From the NCBI GenBank assembly GCA_963787025.1, contig CAWBBG010000002.1, forward strand, positions 14,444 through 78,443: a stretch of 64,000 nt of DNA, written 5' to 3'. This document shows positions 46,243 to 58,093 of the stretch, in pieces (within the stretch, counting starts at the first letter, position 1; the number at the start of each line of letters is the position of its first letter). A program made the position numbers and the translations under genes. The stretch comes from an uncultured Chloroflexia bacterium. GTDB lineage: Bacteria > Chloroflexota > Limnocylindria > QHBO01. Under the pieces are notes generated by a model, which ran no database searches, was not told where the DNA came from, and worked only from the letters and a program-made list of their open reading frames with translations.

Positions 46243-47260
46243 ATGCGCCGATGGCGATGGCTTGGCATTGGCGTGATCGGCCTGGTGGTCCTGGGTGTAC
46301 CCGGCTACACCGGGTACGTTGGATACGAGGGCTCGCGGCAGGCGGTAGCGCGGACGACAGAGCTCATCGACTGCCGGACCCCGCAGATGCAGTTCGGCTG
46401 GTCGTACGAAGCGGTCAACTACGACCCCGCGGACGACGCCCGCATCGCCAGCCAGAACCCGGATCCGGAGCACTGCACCTACCAGGGAACCACGGCCGGT
46501 GACGAGATCGTCACCGCGGACGGGGTGCATATTGCGGCCTGGTACATCCCTGCCGGAAACGGAGCCGGACCCACGGCGCCCACGGTGGTGCTGGTCCACG
46601 GGTTCCACGCGACCAAGGCGGGCATCCTCAAGTACGGGATCGGGCTGCACGATGCGTTCAACCTGGTCTCGTTCGACATGCGCAACGCCGGTCGCAGCAC
46701 CGGGGTCCAGACCACCGATGGGGTGCTGGAGCAGAAGGACCTGCAGGCCGTCCTTGACTGGCTGGTGGCAACGAAGCAGCCGTCGCATATCGGCGTGCTC
46801 GGCAACTCGCTCGGGGCGGCAACGGCGCTGGCGGAGGTTCGTGACGATCCGCGGGTGGAGGCACTGGCCCTCGACTCGATGCATACCCGGATCCGCTACC
46901 AGATCGAGGCGCGGGTCACTCACGGAGGCTACCCGAGCTACTTCGGCACCACCTGGGCCATCATCACCGGGGTCTCGATTCGCACCGGCGTGGACATCGA
47001 GTCGGTGGACGCGGCGGAGACGATCAATGAGTACGGCACGCGCCCGCTGATGCTGACTCACGGCAAGGCTGACAACGAGGACCTTCCCGTGCGGACGCAG
47101 GCTTTCTACGACCAGGCGGTGGCGCTTGGCATCCCTGCCGAGCTGCACTGGTGCCCGGATTCGGGCCACAATGCGCCGGCCGGCATGCCGGCCGAGGTCT
47201 GCAGCGCCGATTTCGCGGATCTGGACCCGCGACTTCTTCGTGAAGGCCCTGGCGACCTAA
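46243..47260 (+). pseudogene. Membrane-anchored alpha/beta hydrolase, indel near 47217
   Basis: ATG after GAGGAGGTGGGGA. Nucleophile elbow GNSLGA and HGKADNED. The natural-looking end ..WTRDFFVKALAT* is in the +1 frame, whereas the uncorrected frame runs on to 47766. Confidence 0.75.
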
Positions 47261-47643
47261 AGGAGGACGGCGAGCGATCCCGATCGCCAGGCCGATGGCG
47301 GACCCGCCGGCGATCATGCGCAGCGCCCGCGCGCGTCCGCGCGGCGGGCGGCTGCCTCCTGCACCGAGGTCGTGGTTCCGACGCTGCCGAAGTTGAAGAC
47401 GCCCATCCAGCCGAACGCAACACAGAAGCGAAGGATGGCCTGCAGGTAGGTGACGGCCGTGCCGGCCGCGGGGATGGCGATCACCAGCCGCCAGATGGGC
47501 GGCGCGCCGATCACCAGCAGGGCTGCGAGGAGCGCGAGGGTGATGATCGCCCCGACATGCCCCGCGCGTCGGCGTGCGGAGATCTCCTGCGGACCGATGT
47601 TGCAGGCGCCGGCGTGGTAGCCGGTCGATTCAACGAATGTCAT
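47257..47643 (-). pseudogene. Hypothetical 3-TM membrane protein, about 2 indels near the 3' end
   Basis: The N-terminal part (MTFVESTGYHAGACNIGP..) is in ORF 47314..48048. The continuation (..RALRMIAGGSAIGLAIG..) is in ORF 47024..47317. The C-terminus is uncertain. Confidence 0.45.
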
Positions 47644-47800
47644 CGCGGTGTTCTCTTGCTGCATGGCAACTCTACGCTCCTCGTCTTCGGCGAGGGATAC
47701 GGTGTGCCTGCCCGGGTGGACCAACGGACGAACGGCACGGGCAAGAACGGGCCAATCAGCCCGTGACCATGTGGGGTCGGCTGATCGAGCATTTCCTGCC

Positions 47801-48751
<951 letters not shown>

Positions 48752-48764
48752 GGAGGCCGGACCG

Positions 48765-49943
48765 ATGCGCGCTGCGCTGGTGATCGCCGCTCGCATCCTG
48801 CGGCAGCGTCTTCGCGACCGCTCCGCGATCATCTTCGCGATCGTCACGCCGCTGGGGCTGGCGCTCGCGTTCGCTTCGATCATCCCGGACTTCAGCGGCT
48901 CGTTCCACACGACCATCGCCGTCGTCGACAACGACCGCGGCGAGGTGGCTGCCATGCTCGTCGACAACGTGCTGGGCAGCTTGAGCGGACCGGACGGCAT
49001 CCTGGACGTCACGTCGCTGCCCGACGCGGCCACAGCGCGCCAGGCCGTGATCGACGACGAGGTTGGCGCGGGCATCGTCATTCCACCGGGCTTCACGCCA
49101 TCGGTCCAGGGCGGGGCGCCGGCCGAGCTGACGATCCTCGCCGGCGGCGGAACGGTGTCCGGCGAGATCGCCCGCGCCATCGTCGATGACTTTGCCAATC
49201 GATCGGCACCGTGCAGCTGATGGTCGCGACCGTCGACCTGTCCGGCGGCGCGGCCGATGCGGAGACGATTGCGGCGGCACAGCAGGCCGTCCAGGCCACG
49301 AGCCCGTCACGGTGGAGGACCTGGTCGCCCAGCACCGCCAGGCGAGCCTCGCGACGTTCTACGGCGCCGCCATGGCGATCATGTTCGTGTTCTTCGCCAC
49401 CCAGTACGGTGCGCTCGCGTTGCTGGCCGAACGCCAGGATGGCACCCTGAGCCGGCTCCTGGCGGCGCCCATCCCGGCCTCCGCGATTCTGCTGGGTGGC
49501 GCCCTGGCGTCGCTTGCCCTGGGGTTCGTCTCGATGCTCGTGCTGGTTGGCGCCACGTCGACGTTCGGGAAGGCCGACTGGGGACCGCCGCTGCCGGTCC
49601 TGGTCCTGGTCGTGTCGGCCGTGGTGGCGGCATCGGGCATCTCGATCCTGCTGGCCGGCTTCGCGCGGACGGCCGAGGGCGCCGGCGGCGTGAATGCCAT
49701 CGTGGCCTTGATCCTCTCCGCCATCGGCGGCGTCTTCATCCCCCTCAGCCAGGCGCCCGAGCTGCTGGGGCGCATCGCGCTCATCACGCCACACGCCTGG
49801 TTCCTGCGGGCCATCGACACGCTCTCCGTTCCCGGGGCCGGAATCGTGCAGATCGCGCCGTCGTCCTGGTGCTGCTGGGGATGGGGGCGGTGACCGGAGG
49901 CATCGGGCTGGCGCGGGCCGGGCGGGTGCTGGTGGCGCGATGA
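48765..49943 (+). pseudogene. ABC-2 type permease, about 3 indels (~49200, ~49306, ~49855)
   Basis: A continuous permease sequence can be read only by joining ORFs 48765..49220, 49211..49450, 49186..49893 and 49257..49943. Confidence 0.75.
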
Positions 49944-51107
49944 AGGTCCTGGAGATCGCCCGCGTCAACATGCTGCGCACCATGCGCAACCGGATCGCGC
50001 TGTTCTTCATCGTGATCTTCCCGATGGTGCTGATCGTGGTCCTTGGGATGACGTACGGCGGCATGGGCGCTGGCCGCGTGGGTGTGGCCGACGCCGACGG
50101 CGGACCCCTGGCGCCGTGACCTGGTCGCGCGGCTGAAGGTCGGTGCGCTCAACCTGGACGTGCGCACGTATGACACCCCCGATGCGCTGCGGGACGCGGT
50201 CGAGCGCGGATTCGTGAACGTTGGACTCGCGATCCCGGCCGGGTACGACGCGACGCTGCGGGACGGCGGGGACGTGACGCTCGAGTACCTCTCGCAGCCG
50301 TCGAGCGTGTCGAGCGCGGTGCGCACCTCGGTCGATGCGGCGATCGCCGGGCACGTTGCCCTGGTTCGCGCGGCGCGGTTCACCGCCGCCCAGCGCTCCA
50401 TGACCTTCGACGCGGCGCTGGCCGCCGCGGAGGAGGTGCAGCCGCGATCAAGGGCGTGACCGTGGTCACCGATGCGGTCAGCGAGGCGGCCGCCTATCCG
50501 AGCGGGTTCACCGTGGGCGCCCAGTCCCAGGTGATCCTGTTCATGTTCCTCACCTCGCTGACGCAGGCGGTGGTGCTGATCACCTCGCGCCAGCTGGGCG
50601 TCACCCGGCGCGAGTTCGCGACACCCACGTCGGTGAGGACGATCATCGCGGGGAGAGGCGCTGGGTCGCTACGCGTTCGCCCTCTTCCAGGGGTTCCTGA
50701 TCGTCATCGGCTCGGCGTTGATCTTCGGGGTCGACTGGGCCGATCCGCTGGCGACGACGGCGCTGATCGTCGTCTTCGCCGCGGTCTGCGCCGGCGCGGC
50801 AATGCTTGTCGGCTCCGTTGCGGCCAATGCGTCCCAGGCTGGTGCCTTCGGCCCGGCGCTGGGGATGCTGGGTGGCCTGCTGGGCGGCGCCATGGTCCCG
50901 CTGGAGGTGTTCCCCGCCACGCTGCGCACCGTCGCGCACATCACGCCCCATGCCTGGGCACTGGACGCCTTCCGCGAGCTGAGCCTGCAGGGCGGACACC
51001 TGCTCGAGATCGTGCCGCAGCTTGCCGTGCTGGTCGGCATGGCCGTCCTGCTCCTTGGCCTCGCGGTCTGGCGTCTGCGGCGGGGCATCCTGGTCGGAGC
51101 CGGCTGA
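49940..51107 (+). pseudogene. ABC-2 type permease (second subunit), about 3 indels (~50110, ~50437, ~50652)
   Basis: The ATG at 49940 overlaps the previous stop (ATGA). Segments continue in ORFs 50082..50459, 50456.. and 50718..51107 (..ITPHAWALDAFR..). Confidence 0.75.
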
Positions 51108-51245
51108 GCAGGTCGGCGAAGACGCCACCCCATTGCCGGAGGCTCATGTATCCAACTGGCGTGATTCCTCGTCCTTAGAGGTGAGACGGCATCGGTCTGC
51201 ACAACCGATGGACCGCGAACCAATGCAACGAGGAGCACAAGCACC

Positions 51246-51455
51246 ATGATCTTCCAGAACGAGGGAACCATCGACCGGTTCCTGCGCGTCATCGCCGCCG
51301 CCGGGCTCCTGGGCCTTGCCGCTGCCGGCATGCCAGCGGCCCCCTGGCTCTACGGCACTATTGCCGTGGCGGCCATCCTTGCCGTCACCGGCGTGGTTGG
51401 GTTCTGCCCGCTGTACGCGGTGCTGCGACTCAGCACGAAGCCCGTTCGCCACTGA
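51246..51455 (+). CDS. DUF2892 (YgaP-like) small membrane protein
   Basis: 69 aa with the pattern N.G..DR..R...G.....(TM)..G.CP.Y... Confidence 0.7.
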   Translation: MIFQNEGTIDRFLRVIAAAGLLGLAAAGMPAAPWLYGTIAVAAILAVTGVVGFCPLYAVLRLSTKPVRH

Positions 51456-51521
51456 GCCCGCCCCTGCCGAGCCGATCGGCCCTAGGAACGAGGGCCCGAT
51501 GACGGATCACCATTCGTTCCC

Positions 51522-52352
51522 GTGACAGACCTGCGTGAGCCGGACCAGCTCGCCACCCGCCTCGCCATCGAGGCACCGTGGCTCGTCCGGCTCGCGTCGC
51601 GCCTGACCCGCGATCCGGCCGAGGCGGAGGACCTTGTCCAGGAGACGGTCGTCGCGGCCTGGCGGCGACGGGGGCAGCTCCGGGATCCGGCTGCCCTGCG
51701 CGGCTGGCTGCGCCGGTCGCTCGTCAACCGGGTGGTCGACCGGTCGCGGCGAAAGACTGCAGAGCTGCTCGACTTCGCCGCCGTGGAGGCGGACTGGCGC
51801 GATGACGACTTCACCGTGGACCCGGTAGCGGTCCTGGAGCGCGCCGAGCTGCGCGACGAGCTGGAGGACGCGCTGGTGCGGCTGCCGGTCATCTACCGGA
51901 TCCCCGTGGTCCTGCACGACGCCCTGGACTGGAGCGGTCCGGAGGTGGCCCAGGCCATGGCCATCGGCCTCCCGGCGGCCAAGCAGCGGGTGCGGCGCGG
52001 CCGGATGATGCTGGTCCATGCGCTGGCCTCGGACGACGCCCGACGTCGCGCGTCACTCGCCCAGCCCCTGCGTTGCTGGAAGGCCCGCCGCCTCGTCTCG
52101 GGCTACCTGGACGCGGAGCTGCAGCCCCCGGAGAAGCTGGCCGTCGAGGAGCATCTCGCCAGCTGCCCGACTTGCCCGCCCCTGTATGCCTCGCTGGTGG
52201 GGATCCGCGACGCCATGGGTGCCCTTCGCGACCCTGACAGCGTCATCGAGGAGGAGATCGCCGCCCGCATCATGGACCGAGCCACGGGGCGGGGAAATGC
52301 CCCGGCTCGCGGCCGAGGCATTTCGGTGACGGGGCGGAGGGGCAGCGGCTAA
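51522..52352 (+). CDS. ECF sigma factor fused in-frame to a zinc anti-sigma (ZAS, HxxxCxxC) domain
   Basis: Region 2 (DLVQETVVAAWRR..), region 4 (..SGPEVAQAMAIGLPAAKQRVRRGR), then C..YLDAEL..EEHLASCPTC. No TM segment. Confidence 0.75.
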   Translation: MTDLREPDQLATRLAIEAPWLVRLASRLTRDPAEAEDLVQETVVAAWRRRGQLRDPAALRGWLRRSLVNRVVDRSRRKTAELLDFAAVEADWRDDDFTVDPVAVLERAELRDELEDALVRLPVIYRIPVVLHDALDWSGPEVAQAMAIGLPAAKQRVRRGRMMLVHALASDDARRRASLAQPLRCWKARRLVSGYLDAELQPPEKLAVEEHLASCPTCPPLYASLVGIRDAMGALRDPDSVIEEEIAARIMDRATGRGNAPARGRGISVTGRRGSG

Positions 52353-53389
52353 CCGCCAAAGACCCACTGGTGCATGATCACTGTGTTGTTATCGGTGAGC
52401 TCGAAGACCGCGAACATCTTTCCGCTCGCGGTGTCCGAGCGGTAGGTGCCCGCACAGATGTACAGGTCTCCGTACTGGATGACGGCTCCGGTGCGGGTTA
52501 TCTTGAAGTTGACCGTTCCGCGCTCACGGATGGACTGGCTGATCGCATCGCGCCCCAGGTAGATCTCGTTGAAGTCGCTCGAGCTGACGGCGAACCGAGC
52601 GTCTCCGTTGTACCGGAGATCGGCGTTGACGGCATACAGCGCCGCTCCCGCTGCGCCATCGCCTCCCGCGCTCCACGCAGTGAACGAGTCGTCGATGACA
52701 TTGGGGTCCCCTCCGGTGACGTCCCACTCCGCGGCTGGCGCGGGCGGCGCTCCCGCAAGGAGGATGTTCCACTGGTGGCGGATCTTCAGGTCGGAGATCA
52801 GGTACACCGCGAACCCGTAGCCGTCACCCGCCGTCCCGGCGTAGGTGAAGGCATGCGCGGCGTATGACCCGTTCTCCAGCACTGACCCGGTCCGTGTCAG
52901 CGTGAAGTCGATGCTGGCCCGATCGGCCACCGTTGCCTTGATCTGGTCCAGGCCGTCGTACTTCTCCGTCCAGTTGGGCCAGTCGCGAGCGACTCGCAGC
53001 GTGGCATCAGCGACATAGAGGTTGTCGAGTGCCTTCGCGTCGTAGGCGTTCATGGCCGCGATATTGGCGTCCACCAGCTGCGCCACCGTCGTTGGAGCGG
53101 TGGCCCCGGTGGCGGGGGTGGGACTGGGAGTCTGGGTGGTGCCAACCGGCGCCGCACGGTTCGAGATGAGATACGCGCCAATCGAGACGGCCAGGATGGC
53201 GACGACAGCGGTCACCGCCATCCAGGTGGTCGTGTGCGTGGCCGCCAGGAAACGGGGCCACGTCGTCGTGCGCTGTGACATGGTGTCGACCTCCCTCATG
53301 ACCCGGGGCAGCAGGTCATCGGGGGCGGCGGGAGCGTTGCGCGCCATCCACGGCTGAAGGATCGGGTCCATGCCCTCGTCACGGGTCAT
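52349..53389 (-). CDS. Membrane anti-sigma-like protein with two extracytoplasmic SnoaL/NTF2-like domains
   Basis: The ATG overlaps the sigma gene stop (ATGA). Short cytoplasmic N-terminus, one TM segment, a Thr/Pro linker, and two ~120-aa repeats each ending ..HQW.. The fold call is tentative. Confidence 0.65.
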   Translation of the reverse strand: MTRDEGMDPILQPWMARNAPAAPDDLLPRVMREVDTMSQRTTTWPRFLAATHTTTWMAVTAVVAILAVSIGAYLISNRAAPVGTTQTPSPTPATGATAPTTVAQLVDANIAAMNAYDAKALDNLYVADATLRVARDWPNWTEKYDGLDQIKATVADRASIDFTLTRTGSVLENGSYAAHAFTYAGTAGDGYGFAVYLISDLKIRHQWNILLAGAPPAPAAEWDVTGGDPNVIDDSFTAWSAGGDGAAGAALYAVNADLRYNGDARFAVSSSDFNEIYLGRDAISQSIRERGTVNFKITRTGAVIQYGDLYICAGTYRSDTASGKMFAVFELTDNNTVIMHQWVFGG

Positions 53390-53929
53390 GCGAGACCTCC
53401 CTGCAGCGTGAGCCGGTTCTCGGCTTCAATCGCCGCGCGCATTGCCCCCTGGGCGTGGTGCAGGCGCGACTTGGCGGTGCCAAGCGGCACGCTCAGCGCG
53501 TCTGCGATCTCCGGGACCGACAGCTCCAGGAAGAAGCGCATGACCAGGACGGTTCGCTCGCGCACGGCGAGCCGAGCCAGGCACCTGCCCACCGCGTCAC
53601 GGTCTGCAATCGCTGTCTCGGGCACTCCGCTGCCCATCAGGTACTCGGGAGCTCGCTGGTGAGCCTCGTGGGCCGCTCGTGGCGGGCGAGGTCCAGGCAG
53701 GCGTGCACGAGCACCCGGTGAAGCCAGGCATCGAACCGATCGGGGTCACGCAGCCGGGGTAGGTCGCGCCACGCGCGAATCAGTGTCTCCTGCACGGCAT
53801 CCTCGGCCAGCGTCGGGTCATGGAGGATCAGGACGGCCGCGCCGTAGAGCCGGTCGATGACAGCAGCACCCAGGGTTCGAAGGCCCCTCGGTCCCCGCTG
53901 GCCGCCTGCACCACGACGTCACGTCTCAT
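53386..53929 (-). pseudogene. ECF (sigma-70 family) sigma factor, 2 indels (~53860, ~53645)
   Basis: Region 4 is in ORF 53386..53637 (..LSVPEIADALSVPLGTAKSRL..). Region 2 (..AEDAVQETLIRAWRDL..FDAWLHRVLVHACLD..) is readable in another frame. The ATG is at 53929. Confidence 0.75.
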
Positions 53930-54189
53930 GATCTGCTGCTCCGGGTTTCGCCAGAAGAGGCGTACCCCGACCCACAACCGTTCACTATTCGCCGAGCCGC
54001 GCCATCGAACGCCACACCGGAGCGGCTGACCAGTGCCGGAATGCCCAACTCTCTCTGCAGAGAGGCAGCGACTGGAGCGATGGCCCTGCGGATGGGGCGG
54101 AACGGCACTGGAGTGCCGACAGCAGCGCCGCGGAGCATGCGCTCGACAACCAGATCCGTCTCGAGCGCCGCGACGCGGAGGTCCTGCCC

Positions 54190-54608
54190 ATGTCGAGTGA
54201 CCTCGGACGCCGCCTCATTCGGTACCTGGCCGCCCTGCTGGCGGCGGGGGCGGCCGTCGTCTACCTGCTCATCGGCTTCGATGTCGTCAGGGTCGTCGAC
54301 GATCCATCCACCGATGGAGCGGGCCTCTTGCCCTTTGGTCTCCTGTCGGGGGGCGCGTTCCTGCTGGGAGCGATCCTGCTGACCCTGTTCGATCGGCGCA
54401 TCCTCTGGGTCGCCGGAGGACTCTTCCAGGTCTTCGCCATCGCCATGTACGTCGCCGTCGCGCCGCAGCGGCATCCAGCGTACGAGCCGTGGGGATTGGC
54501 CTCAAGGTGGTCCAGGCGGCGCTGCTCCTGGCACTCGTCTACCTGGCCGTGCGACGGCCACGCTCCATGAGCCGCCCCGTGACGGCCGGTTGGCGGATCG
54601 GCCGATGA
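54190..54608 (+). pseudogene. Hypothetical 4-TM membrane protein, 1 indel near 54492
   Basis: The last TM helix (GIGLKVVQAALLLALVYLAV) is readable only in the +1 frame, which then ends in an ATGA overlap with the flavodoxin gene. Confidence 0.5.
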
Positions 54609-55081
54609 ATACCGTCGTGGTCTACGCCACCCGCACGGGGAACACGCGCCGCATCGCGGAGGCGATGGCGCAGGTCCTCCGCGCACGCGGGACGGTCACC
54701 CTGCAGGCCGTGGAAGACGCGCCTGCGCTGCTCCCGGCCGGAACCGATCTGCTGCTGGTGGGTGGGCCCACCGAAGGTCACGGCGTCACACCGCCGGTGG
54801 CCACCTATCTCCATCGGCTTGACCGGGCAACGATGCGTGGCCTGCCGGCCGCGGCCTTCGACACCCGCTTGTGGTGGCCGCGCGTACTGGCAGGCTCCGC
54901 GGCCGCCGCCATCGGCCGCCTGCTGCGCGACAAGGGTGCGTGCATCATCTCCGAAGAGATGAGCTTCATTGTCAGCATGAAGCCGGAGCTGCTACCGGAC
55001 GAGGTCCAGCGTGCAGCCGCGTGGGCAGGTGAGCTCGCGACGGCCGTCGAGGCGCGGCAGGGTGTAGTCGCGGCGGTGTAG
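54605..55081 (+). CDS. Flavodoxin-family protein
   Basis: The N-terminal segment VVVYATRTGNTRRIAE is a flavodoxin FMN-loop signature, and ..LLLVGGPTEG.. follows. Confidence 0.75.
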   Translation: MNTVVVYATRTGNTRRIAEAMAQVLRARGTVTLQAVEDAPALLPAGTDLLLVGGPTEGHGVTPPVATYLHRLDRATMRGLPAAAFDTRLWWPRVLAGSAAAAIGRLLRDKGACIISEEMSFIVSMKPELLPDEVQRAAAWAGELATAVEARQGVVAAV

Positions 55082-55089
55082 TCGCGGCG
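55062..55089 (+). repeat. Perfect 14-nt tandem duplication (GTGTAGTCGCGGCG x2)
   Basis: Read directly from the sequence. The second copy supplies the flavodoxin TAG stop. Confidence 0.8.
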
Positions 55090-55162
55090 GTGTGGTGGCG
55101 CCGCTCCGGTATCGGCCGTCTCGGCAGACACGAGCGCCGGACGCGCCGTAGCATTGGTGCCG

Positions 55163-55669
55163 ATGTTCGAGACCGAAGCGGAGGTCGACGAGCTCCAGCG
55201 GCTCTTCGACGAGACGCTGCGCCACGCCAACCCGCACATGCGGAGCATCGTGCATCCGGGGCGTCGCCTGAGCGCGCGGCAGGTGGTCCGTTACCTGCAG
55301 GGGACCAGGCACGTGGCGTTGGCCACGGTCAGCCCGGAGAGCGAGCCACGCGTCTCTCCGCTCGATGCGCTCTTCATCCACGGGCGTTTCACCATGTCGA
55401 CGGGGCTGCGCGCCACGAAGGTGCAGCACCTCCAGGCGAATCCCGCCTGCTCCGCGGTGCACATGGACGGCGATCGGATCGCGGTGGTGGCCAACGGCCA
55501 CGTGGAGTGGATCGAGCCGGAGCATCCGGACCACCACGTGATCCACCGCACCTGGACGGAGACGTACCAATCGGACCCGTACACCTGGGGGGACATCGTC
55601 TTCTTCCGGCTGATACCGGTGACGATGTGGGCCTACGCCATGAACCCCGACGAGTTCCCGTCCGACTGA
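55163..55669 (+). CDS. Pyridoxamine 5'-phosphate oxidase-fold (PPOX-class, possibly F420/FMN-binding) protein
   Basis: Split-barrel-like sequence (..VALATVSPESEPRVSPL..HGRF..). ATG at 55163; the ORF track begins at a TTG at 55154. Confidence 0.75.
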   Translation: MFETEAEVDELQRLFDETLRHANPHMRSIVHPGRRLSARQVVRYLQGTRHVALATVSPESEPRVSPLDALFIHGRFTMSTGLRATKVQHLQANPACSAVHMDGDRIAVVANGHVEWIEPEHPDHHVIHRTWTETYQSDPYTWGDIVFFRLIPVTMWAYAMNPDEFPSD

Positions 55670-55730
55670 CCGCGACCGCTGGCATCGGCGCACTGCCTGG
55701 TGCCGCCGGTTGCCTCGCCGGGTCAGTGGC

Positions 55731-55970
55731 TCAAAGTCGGGCGCCGGTGGTATCCGGGGGTTCCGGACGCTCGGGGCGGTCGTCGAGGCCGTCCACGGTG
55801 ATCCCGTTCGCCGTGTCGCGGGACTCGCGGTAGGGCTCCTCGATCTGGGTCACCGGGCGTGGCTTGTTGACGATGAGGTGATCCAGGGTCCCGAACAGGC
55901 CCGCGACCACCGCACCGGCGGACGGATCGGAAGGAAGCGGATCGTTCGGACCGCGCTTGCGACGCCCCAT
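55731..55970 (-). CDS. Hypothetical small protein (79 aa)
   Basis: Internal ATG at 55970, basic N-terminus [10 protein letters not shown]. No family recognised. Confidence 0.45.
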   Translation of the reverse strand: MGRRKRGPNDPLPSDPSAGAVVAGLFGTLDHLIVNKPRPVTQIEEPYRESRDTANGITVDGLDDRPERPEPPDTTGARL

Positions 55971-56085
55971 GTCACACACCTTACCGCCACCGCGCCCTGT
56001 CCGCACCCGGTGGGACGGCGTGATTGGCGCCGCGCGCACGGCGTGGAGGCGGCACGATTGGCGGAGGACCGGTAGCATCTGTGTC

Positions 56086-57789
<1,704 letters not shown>

Positions 57790-57823
57790 GCGGGCAAGTC
57801 TAGGGGCCGGTCTCACGGCGCGT

Positions 57824-57865
57824 GGAGGGCCGGGTGGGGGAGGGCCGGGTAGTCAGGGCCGGGCA
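57824..57865 (+). repeat. 15-nt periodic repeat x3 (GGAGGGCCGGGT..) upstream of the hydrolase gene
   Basis: Copies at 57824, 57839 and 57854, read directly from the sequence. Confidence 0.6.
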
Positions 57866-57916
57866 GCACCCGCGGCCCAAGTTGCGCTCGCGGCCGGGAT
57901 GGTGCTCGCGCGCCGG

Positions 57917-58067
57917 GTGTTCGCCAGACGAGCGTTGTGACCGGCGGCGGTGCCCGGGAGGCTTCTCCGCGGTCGTCCGGTCCGCCCAGCGAGCAACCTG
58001 ACCGGTGACGCCGGGTGCGAGGAGCTCCCGACGGTCGCAGCGCTCGCTGGACGAACAAGTGACGAAC
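57917..58067 (+). mobile_element. ~150-nt inverted-repeat (MITE/REP-like) element, copy B, flanked by a 10-bp direct repeat
   Basis: Left arm GTGTTCGCCAGACGAGCGTTGTGACCGGCGG. The right arm is its imperfect complement. CGCGCGCCGG is present at 57907-57916 and 58069-58078. Homologous to 62461..62603. Confidence 0.5.
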
Positions 58068-58093
58068 GCGCGCGCCGGTTCCAGGCTGCTCCG

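Noticed and set aside
45667-47766. 699-aa plus-strand ORF as one gene
   Set aside because: Only the middle part (46243 to about 47215) is alpha/beta-hydrolase-like. The 5' part is antisense to two minus-strand genes, and the 3' part arises from read-through after a probable indel.
54051-54064. Perfect 14-bp palindrome CTCTCTGCAGAGAG between the ECF sigma gene and the membrane/flavodoxin operon
   Set aside because: It is a single occurrence with no second site or known motif. It may be an operator or a small hairpin, but I have nothing beyond the palindrome itself.
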